Source: Alkalilimnicola ehrlichii MLHE-1
GTDB taxonomy: Bacteria > Pseudomonadota > Gammaproteobacteria > Nitrococcales > Halorhodospiraceae
NCBI RefSeq assembly: GCF_000014785.1
Contig: NC_008340.1
Span: 1,170,001-1,202,000 of the forward strand
Reading direction: 5' to 3'
Length of the DNA: 32,000 nt
Below are positions 8,787 to 15,265 of this stretch, one piece after another. The notes under the pieces were generated by a model. That model was not told the DNA's origin. It saw nothing but the letters and a program-made list of their open reading frames with translations, and ran no database searches. A program made the position numbers and the translations under genes. Numbering within the stretch: position 1 is the first letter of the stretch; every line of letters begins with the position of its first letter.

Positions 8787-10940
8787 CTACAACTCTTTGA
8801 GGTGGAACAGCCGGTGCTCGTCCAGCCAGGTGCGGAAGCCGGTGGGCACGACGAAGGTGGTGGCATCGGACTCGATGATCGCCGGTCCCTCGATCTCATT
8901 GCCCGGCAGCAGCGACTCCATGTGATAGAGCTGGGCCTCGACCCAACGGCGCTTGTGGTAGAACCGGCGGGTACCGAGACGGGCCTTGGGCGCTGGGGTC
9001 TTATCGGCCAGTGGTTCCCTGGGGATGCGGGGTTTCGGGATGGGCACCGAGCCGCGCATGATGGCGCCGGTGACCGAATAGCCCAGCTCGGGTGAGCGGG
9101 CGGACTCGGCGTAGACCCGGCCGTAGGTCTGGTTGAAGGCCTCCTCCAGTTGCAGCCAGTCCTCCTCGGAGTCGGCCGAGGCGATCGGTGAATCGATCTC
9201 CAGGTCGTTAAGCTGGCCGCGATACTGCATACGGTAGGCCGGCTGCAGGCGCACCTGCTCGGGGCCGTAACCGTTCACCCGGAACTCCTCCAGGACGTTC
9301 TCGGTCAACTCGGCCCACGCGGCCTGCAGCGTTTTGGCCGCGGCCTCGCGCTCGGACGGGGATGCGTGTTGGTCCAGGTTGATATCCAGGCTCTTGTCAT
9401 AGCGGTACTCAAAGTCCGCCGCCGCGCAGCCGAAGGCGGAGAACCCGGCCGCCCAGGCGGGGACGATCACGTCCTCGAAGCCCAGGCCCTCGGTGTAGCC
9501 GTAGGTGTGCACCGGCCCGGCGCCGCCGTAGGAGAAGCAGACGAAGCTGCGCGGGTCGTAACCCTTGGCGGAGATCATGGAACGGATGTAGTCGTGCAGC
9601 TCCGAGTCCAGCAGTTCGATCACCCCGGCGGCCGCGTCCTCCACCGACAGGCCCAGAGGGTCTGCGATCTGCGCCTTGATGGCGTCGTGGGCCCGCTGCG
9701 GCTCCAGTTTGATCGCCCCACCCAGGAAGTTGTCGGGGTTCAGGTAGCCCAACACCATGTGGCAATCGGTGATGGAGACGGTCTCGATGCCGCTGTCCGC
9801 CCAGCAGACCCCGACCCGGTAGCCGGCGGAGTCCGGGCCCAGCTTGATGGCGCGGGTGTAGGGGTCCAGCCGTACGAAGCTGCCGGCCCCGGCCCCCACC
9901 GAGTCCATGGCCACCAGCGGTAAGGACAGCACCAGCCGGGCCATGTCCGGATCGGTGCGGATGGTCAGCTCGTTCTGGGTGATCAGGGCAACGTCGAAGG
10001 AGGTGCCGCCGATATCGGAGCAGGCGATGTTCTTGTAGCCCAGGGTTTCCCCCAGGTACTTGGCCCCGATCACCCCGCCGATGGGGCCGGAAACGATGGT
10101 GCGTGCCAGCTCCTTGGCCTTCCAGGAGATGGTGCCGCCATGGGTGGCCATGACCCGGAAGTCAAACTGGGTCCCCTTCTCCTGGAACGATGTCGAGATC
10201 TTCTTAAGGGTCTCGCGCGAGGGCTCGGCCGCGTAGGCCTCCAGGATGGTGGTGTTGGTGCGATGGGACTCCTTGCGCACCGGGTAATAGTCCACTGAGG
10301 CGAAGACCTGGATGGTCTTGCCGGCGCGGGCCACCTCCTCAAGTACGATGTCGCGTACACGGCGCTCGTGCTCCGGGTTCTTGTAGGAATGGAGCAGGCT
10401 GATGACGATGCCGTCCACGTTACTGGCGATGACCTCGCGTGCGGCCTGGCGGGCGCTCTCCTCGCGCAGCGGGATCACCACATTGCCGAACATATCCACC
10501 CGTTCGACCACGCCACGGGTGCGTTGCCGGGGCACCAGTGGCTCGTCGTAGTAGTGGGTGTTCAGATGGATCCGGTCCTCGTAGGCGAAGCCTAGGTAGG
10601 CCTGGATGGCCCGGCCCATGCGGTGGAAATCCTCCATGCCCTGGTTGACGATCAGCCCACAGCGCAGTCCCTTGCGCTGGACCACCCGGTTGAGCAGGGC
10701 GGTCCCGGAGTACACGCCGGTCTGTAGCTGGGGCAGGGCCTGCTCCAGGGGGATGTCCCAGAGGGCGAGGGCATCCTCGCTGGAGTAGAGCAGTCCGACG
10801 GATTCGTCGTCCGGTGTGCTCTGGGCCTTGCCGACCACGAACTCACCCTGGCCATCCACAAAGAAGGTGTCGGTCATGGTGCCGCCGGCATCGATGCCCA
10901 GCACCTGCACATCTCTTGGTGTTGGTTGAACAGCGCTCAC
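8787..10940 (-). CDS. acxA: Acetone carboxylase beta subunit (hydantoinase A/oxoprolinase-like)
   Basis: 717 aa; GIDAGGTMTDTFFVD N-terminal hydantoinase-A nucleotide-binding motif, MATHGGTISWKAKELARTIVSGPIGGVIGAKYL; GTG start preceded by AGGAGGAG (minus strand). Confidence 0.9.
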   Translation of the reverse strand: MSAVQPTPRDVQVLGIDAGGTMTDTFFVDGQGEFVVGKAQSTPDDESVGLLYSSEDALALWDIPLEQALPQLQTGVYSGTALLNRVVQRKGLRCGLIVNQGMEDFHRMGRAIQAYLGFAYEDRIHLNTHYYDEPLVPRQRTRGVVERVDMFGNVVIPLREESARQAAREVIASNVDGIVISLLHSYKNPEHERRVRDIVLEEVARAGKTIQVFASVDYYPVRKESHRTNTTILEAYAAEPSRETLKKISTSFQEKGTQFDFRVMATHGGTISWKAKELARTIVSGPIGGVIGAKYLGETLGYKNIACSDIGGTSFDVALITQNELTIRTDPDMARLVLSLPLVAMDSVGAGAGSFVRLDPYTRAIKLGPDSAGYRVGVCWADSGIETVSITDCHMVLGYLNPDNFLGGAIKLEPQRAHDAIKAQIADPLGLSVEDAAAGVIELLDSELHDYIRSMISAKGYDPRSFVCFSYGGAGPVHTYGYTEGLGFEDVIVPAWAAGFSAFGCAAADFEYRYDKSLDINLDQHASPSEREAAAKTLQAAWAELTENVLEEFRVNGYGPEQVRLQPAYRMQYRGQLNDLEIDSPIASADSEEDWLQLEEAFNQTYGRVYAESARSPELGYSVTGAIMRGSVPIPKPRIPREPLADKTPAPKARLGTRRFYHKRRWVEAQLYHMESLLPGNEIEGPAIIESDATTFVVPTGFRTWLDEHRLFHLKEL

Positions 10941-10994
10941 GGTTGTCTCCTCCTGATGGTTGTAATGACGCCCCGGGGGACGCGCAGGAGGAGG

Positions 10995-11010
10995 CGCAAA
11001 CGCTGTGCCA
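10995..11010 (-). promoter_or_regulatory. Putative sigma-54 (-24/-12) promoter of the acxABC operon
   Basis: Minus strand reads TGGCAC-AGCGT-TTGCG, matching TGGCAC-N5-TTGCW with correct GG...GC spacing; 55-70 nt upstream of the acxA GTG. Confidence 0.75.
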
Positions 11011-11114
11011 GCTGCAGGCAGAGGGGTGCGGCTGCTGTTAAATCAAAGGCCTAGGGTTCTCGGGCGGGCCATTCTGGCTTCGGGAGAGGGGCGATGGCCG
11101 GATCCCGGACAGTG

Positions 11115-11141
11115 CCCGGTGTCCGGATGACGGACACCGGG
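11115..11141. promoter_or_regulatory. Perfect 11-bp inverted repeat, candidate upstream activator sequence (or operator of the divergent gene)
   Basis: CCCGGTGTCCG-GATGA-CGGACACCGGG; a further CCGGACA half-site lies at 11105-11111. Confidence 0.5.
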
Positions 11142-11167
11142 GGCGGCTCTATGGCACACTTGGGTAT

Positions 11168-11560
11168 ATGCGTATTCTTATCCGTTATTTTTTCCGAGGA
11201 GTCCGTCTCGTGTTGACGCCGTTCATGATCGCCGGCAGCCGGTTGATGATGCCTAAAGGCATTGAGCGTGATCCCGAGGACCAGCGTGCCGTGGACGCCC
11301 AGACCCGTAGATTAGCGCTGTACCACTACCCGGCCTGTCCGTTCTGTATCAAGGTGCGTCGCGTGATGCACCGCCTGTCGCTGGATATCGAGTTGCGCAA
11401 CGCCCAGGGTCCGGGCGAGTACCGTGAGACCCTGCGCCGTGAGGGCGGGCGGGTGATGGTGCCCTGCCTGCGCATTGAGCAGGAGGACGGCTCGGTGCGC
11501 TGGCTCTATGAGTCCGACGATATCATCGAGTACCTGCTGGACCATTTCGAGCCGGAGTAG
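11168..11560 (+). CDS. Glutaredoxin / glutathione S-transferase N-terminal domain protein
   Basis: 130 aa with redox motif CPFCIKVRRVMHRL and the GST-N/glutaredoxin features VPCLRIEQEDGSVRWLYESDDIIEYL. Confidence 0.8.
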   Translation: MRILIRYFFRGVRLVLTPFMIAGSRLMMPKGIERDPEDQRAVDAQTRRLALYHYPACPFCIKVRRVMHRLSLDIELRNAQGPGEYRETLRREGGRVMVPCLRIEQEDGSVRWLYESDDIIEYLLDHFEPE

Positions 11561-11630
11561 CCTCGGGCGGTCCGCCCCTGCGGCCGGGGTGTGTAGAATG
11601 CACCGGTGGCGGTGTTGCGCATTCTAGGGG

Positions 11631-11981
11631 GTGGCCGTGGTCTGGTTCTGGCTGTTCGCGCTGTTGCTGGGCGTGGCCGCGGTGGTCGGCGTAGTGCGCC
11701 ACCATCGGGTGGCGTTCGTTATCGCCTTTGATGGTAAGGGGCCGGCGGTGCGCAAAGGGGCACCGCCACCGGGCTTTCTGGCGGCGTGCCGGGACGTTGC
11801 CCGGATGTACGGGGTCGGGGCGGGTAAGGTCTACGGCGTGCGCGAGGCCGGCGGCCTGCAATTGGCATTCTCCCGGGATCTGCCGGAACGGGCCCGGCAG
11901 CCGTTACGCAACTGCTGGACACCGCCCCCATCCGGTGGCCCCGCCGGCGGGGCGGGGGGCGGCGCCCGTCGCGCGGGCTGA
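11631..11981 (+). CDS. Small membrane-anchored hypothetical protein (possibly DUF3634-like)
   Basis: 116 aa, one N-terminal TM helix (VWFWLFALLLGVAAVVGVV), followed by VAFVIAFDGKGPAVRKGAPPPGFLAACRDVARM. Family assignment is from memory only. Confidence 0.5.
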   Translation: MAVVWFWLFALLLGVAAVVGVVRHHRVAFVIAFDGKGPAVRKGAPPPGFLAACRDVARMYGVGAGKVYGVREAGGLQLAFSRDLPERARQPLRNCWTPPPSGGPAGGAGGGARRAG

Positions 11982-11988
11982 GCCCGGT

Positions 11989-12549
11989 TTACCAGCTGCG
12001 GACGTTGCCCACGTCCACGTGGACGAACTGCGAACGGGGGTAGTAGCCCACCCCACCTTTCTGCAGTGAGAGCGCGGCGTCGCGCACCTGCGACAGGTCT
12101 CGCCCCGGTACCCGGATATCGATGGCCTCGCCTTCCATGTGCAGGCTGTAGACCGCCACGTTCCGCCCCTGGGCGCGCAGCCGGCGGTTGGTCTCGGGCG
12201 AGCGGTACCCGGAAATCACCTCGAAGGTGGCCTGGGTGTCCAGCCGCTGCTGCAATGCGTCGAGGGTGTCGAGCAGGTCCGGATCTATGGGGTGGACCTC
12301 ATTGGCGCGGTGGTCGCGCAGGACGTGGTTTACCTCGGACAGGGCGTCAGGCAGATACCTGCCGTGTTCCCAGTAGGTGACCGTCAGCTTCTCACCGGTG
12401 TGTAGGTTGTGGAAGGCCAGGTCGCGATGTTCTGTGCGGGCGGCCTGCGCGAGGGTGATGGGTGTGCTTGCCATGGCCAGGGTAGCGGCCGACCAGGCGA
12501 GAAAACGGCGGCGATTGATGCCGGTACCACGGGTGCTGTCCGTTCGCAT
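11989..12549 (-). CDS. DUF882 / M15-family YcbK-like peptidase with Tat-type signal
   Basis: RRRFLAWSAATLAMA twin-arginine-like leader; SGYRSPETNRRLRAQG and SLHMEGEAIDIRVPG motifs. Track start is 12573; internal Met9 (12549) is an alternative. Confidence 0.85.
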   Translation of the reverse strand: MRTDSTRGTGINRRRFLAWSAATLAMASTPITLAQAARTEHRDLAFHNLHTGEKLTVTYWEHGRYLPDALSEVNHVLRDHRANEVHPIDPDLLDTLDALQQRLDTQATFEVISGYRSPETNRRLRAQGRNVAVYSLHMEGEAIDIRVPGRDLSQVRDAALSLQKGGVGYYPRSQFVHVDVGNVRSW

Positions 12550-12829
12550 GCGTTGGGATACCCCCCTGTGCAAATGCTCTCTCCGTAGCTGCCAGCGGCA
12601 AAGCCACCCCGGGCATCAGGCCGCGGCCGGATGAGTCAGGGCGGAGGAGAGTGGAAACCGAGGCGAACCTCGCTGCAGCGGATTTTATCCACAGTCCGGG
12701 CATTTACCAAGCCTAGTTCGTGCACGTTGTGACGGGCTGCCCCTGTTTGCCCGTTAAGGCGCTCGGAAAACCGGATGATTCCCTCTTTTTTTGCGCCCCT
12801 CGCATGGGCGCGGCAGTGGACGCCCCCAC

Positions 12830-12908
12830 CGTCACTGCGAGCCCCGAAGCGGCACGGCAGTCCAGATGGGGTGTGGATCGCCGCGTCGCTGCGCTCCTCG
12901 CGATGACG
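12830..12908. repeat. REP/MITE-like palindromic unit A
   Basis: Starts CGTCACTGCGAG and ends CTCGCGATGACG (near-perfect terminal inverted repeats), 79 bp. Confidence 0.7.
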
Positions 12909-13016
12909 GGGTGGGGCTCCCCGACACCGCATGACGGGGGTGGGGCTCCCCGACACCGCATGACGGGGGTGGGGCTCCCCGACACCGCATGACGGGGATG
13001 GGGCTCCCCGACACCG
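12904..13016. repeat. 29-bp tandem repeat, ~3.7 copies
   Basis: Unit GTGGGGCTCCCCGACACCGCATGACGGGG; phase markers at 12912, 12941, 12970 and 12999 (29 bp apart). Confidence 0.9.
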
Positions 13017-13092
13017 TCACTGTGAGGAGGCGAAGCCGACGCGGCAGTCTACCGCCTTGGATCGCCACGGGCCTTCGGCCCTCTTGATGAAC
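13015..13092. repeat. REP/MITE-like palindromic unit B (degenerate right end)
   Basis: CGTCACTGTGAGGAGGCGAAGCCGACGCGGCAGTCTACCGCC..., near identical to unit C over ~78 bp. Confidence 0.8.
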
Positions 13093-13149
13093 ATGGCCAG
13101 ACGCTGCGGGCGCCCCCTACCCTCACTGCGAGCGCGGCCCCACCCCCAC

Positions 13150-13227
13150 CGTCACTGCGAGGAGGCGAAGCCGACGTGGCAGTCTACCGCCCTGGATCGC
13201 CACGGGCCTGCGGCCCTCGCGATGACG
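13150..13227. repeat. REP/MITE-like palindromic unit C
   Basis: CGTCACTGCGAGGAGGCGAAGCCGACGTGGCAGTCTACCGCCCTGGATCGCCACGGGCCTGCGGCCCTCGCGATGACG. Confidence 0.8.
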
Positions 13228-13276
13228 GGGGTGCCCCGTTCCTCGCTGATTCGCGCCTGCGCAGCGGGGCGGGGGG

Positions 13277-13317
13277 CTCGCGATGACGGGGAAAAGCCTT
13301 CGGCCCTCGCGATGACG
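13277..13317. repeat. Two partial right ends of the same repeat family
   Basis: CTCGCGATGACG at 13277-13288 and again at 13306-13317, the second preceded by GCCTTCGGCC. Confidence 0.7.
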
Positions 13318-13363
13318 GGGGTGGCGCCCCCGCCGCCACTGCAAGCCCCCAGGGCGCGCTGGC

Positions 13364-14632
13364 TTAGCGCTTGAGGTCGCGGCCGGCGGCGAACTCCAGA
13401 CAGACGGCGTCGGCCAGCGTGGCCTCCACCAGGGCCGGGTCATCCAGCCCCAATTGGGCTTCGATGGCCTCCAGGTTGGAGGGCAGGGTGCGGGTGCGGG
13501 GTTGGTGGTCCAACAGCGCGCAGCAATCCTTATAGGGCTGGATGGAGATGTCGTAAGTCCCGATGCGCCGGCCAATGGCCACGATATCCGCCTTGTCCAG
13601 CCCCACCAGCGGGCGCATGATCGGCATCCGCACGGCCAGCGAGGTGCTGACCATGTTCTCCATGGTTTGCGAGGCCACTTGGCCCAGGCTGTCACCGGAA
13701 ATCAGCGCCAGCGCCCTTAAACGCTTGGCCAGCGCCTCGCCGGTGCGAGCGACGAAGCGGCGGAACAACACCACTTCGTGGCCGCGCTGGTCGCCGTGCA
13801 GCGCCATGTCGAAGTGATCATAGGGCACCATGTAGAGCCGCGAATGGCCGGTGTAGCGGGACAGTTGGCGCGCCAGCCGGATCACCGTGTGGTCGGCGTC
13901 GGCACGCTGCTGCGACGGGCTGGCGGTGAAATGCAGGAAATCCACCCGGCAGCCGCGCTTGGCCATCAGGAAGGCCGCCACCGGCGAGTCGATGCCCCCG
14001 GAGAGCAGGGTCAGCGCTCGACCCCCGGGCCCTACCGGCAGCCCGCCCAGGCCCCGGTGACGGGTGCCGTAGCAGTACATGCCGTCGCTGTAGATGTCCA
14101 GGTGGAAGGTCTGGTCGGGGCGGCGGAGGTCCACCCGCTGCCAGGGGCTGTGTTCGATGATGGTCTGACCGATCCGTGCCGCGATCTGGTCCGAGGGCAG
14201 GGGAAAGCGCTTGTCGGCCCGCTTGACCCGGACGGCAAAGCTCCCCTGGCCGGCGTTCTCCATACGGTTGGCCAGGTCGGACAGCAGCATGCGGGCCTGT
14301 TCCAGCATGGCCTGGCGGTCGGCGCTGGCGGCCAGGTAGTGCACCGGCTGGTAGGTGACGATCCCCGGGGTCTCCGCCGCGGCCTGGAGCACCTCCTGGC
14401 GCTGCGCCTCCGACAGGCCTTGCAGATCCACCCAGATGCGCTGGTGGCCCTGGTGGATCTCGGGGCGCAGGCCGGCGGCCCGCAGCCGATGGCGCAGGTT
14501 GTGGCGCAGCGCGCGCTCGAAACGGCTGCGATTCCGCCCCTTCAGGGCGACCTCGCCGTAATGGATGAGCAGGCGATTGGGCTGGAAGCGGCCCAGTACC
14601 GGGCGTTGATCCGCGGGTTGTGCTGCTGTCAT
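13364..14632 (-). CDS. thiI: tRNA 4-thiouridine synthase ThiI (THUMP + PP-loop, no obvious rhodanese domain)
   Basis: GEVALKGRNRSRFERAL N terminus, THUMP region, PP-loop LLSGGIDSPVAAFLMAKRG, SLGQVASQTMENM; ends at ~422 aa. Confidence 0.93.
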   Translation of the reverse strand: MTAAQPADQRPVLGRFQPNRLLIHYGEVALKGRNRSRFERALRHNLRHRLRAAGLRPEIHQGHQRIWVDLQGLSEAQRQEVLQAAAETPGIVTYQPVHYLAASADRQAMLEQARMLLSDLANRMENAGQGSFAVRVKRADKRFPLPSDQIAARIGQTIIEHSPWQRVDLRRPDQTFHLDIYSDGMYCYGTRHRGLGGLPVGPGGRALTLLSGGIDSPVAAFLMAKRGCRVDFLHFTASPSQQRADADHTVIRLARQLSRYTGHSRLYMVPYDHFDMALHGDQRGHEVVLFRRFVARTGEALAKRLRALALISGDSLGQVASQTMENMVSTSLAVRMPIMRPLVGLDKADIVAIGRRIGTYDISIQPYKDCCALLDHQPRTRTLPSNLEAIEAQLGLDDPALVEATLADAVCLEFAAGRDLKR

Positions 14633-14734
14633 GTAGGCATCGGGGTGGGGAGTGTAGGGCGCGTATTTAACGATTGCAGCGCGGGAATTTCAAGTGCCCC
14701 CCCAATGGCCGGGGGTGGCCGTGGGCCGCCATGC

Positions 14735-15031
14735 TCAACGGACCCGCTGATCCGCCCGGGGGCGGGTGTGCACGGGGCCGTGCTCCAGCAACCGGACCAG
14801 ATAGCGGCGGCAACCGCCGGGGGTGGAGAGCTGGGTATAGTCCCCGTCCGGGATCTTGACCCCCAATGCCTGTTCCAGGCCGAGCATCAACCGCAGAAAG
14901 TCCACCGAGTCCATATCCAGGTCCTCATGGAAGCTGTGGTCGTCCTGCACCTCCGCCAGCACGGTCTCCGGGGTGATCTCTGCCAGCAGTCGCTCCATGG
15001 CCTCCTGAACGCGGGCTTCGGTCTTGGTCAT
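14735..15031 (-). CDS. Acyl carrier protein
   Basis: 98 aa with phosphopantetheine attachment motif FHEDLDMDSVDFLRLMLGLEQALGVKIPD. Confidence 0.85.
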   Translation of the reverse strand: MTKTEARVQEAMERLLAEITPETVLAEVQDDHSFHEDLDMDSVDFLRLMLGLEQALGVKIPDGDYTQLSTPGGCRRYLVRLLEHGPVHTRPRADQRVR

Positions 15032-15265
15032 GCGTGGCGAGCTCCCAGGCGTAGAGTGTGTGGTGGCGGGATGGAAACGGGTGAACGCCCCGATGGGGTT
15101 TCCATGATCGCACGGCGGCGCTTACCCTTGGAATGGTAGCAGCCCGTATCCGCGCCAACCCCTCGGCGCACGCCCCGTTCAGGGGCATGGCAGCGGGCCG
15201 CCGTATGCGGTCCGGCGGCTCATGCCCGCGGACCACCCACCGCGGAGACAAGGATCAGTGCATTC

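Noticed and set aside
12904-13016. Short regularly spaced repeats as a possible CRISPR array
   Set aside because: The 29-bp units are directly contiguous with no spacers, and there are no cas genes in the window.
12636-13695. ORFs of 79-190 aa with repetitive SPTPVMRCRGAPP / RHGPAALAMTG text
   Set aside because: Translations of non-coding palindromic and tandem repeats, partly extending antisense over thiI.
13778-15139. 453-aa plus-strand ORF
   Set aside because: Antisense to thiI and the acyl carrier protein gene, no recognisable domain.
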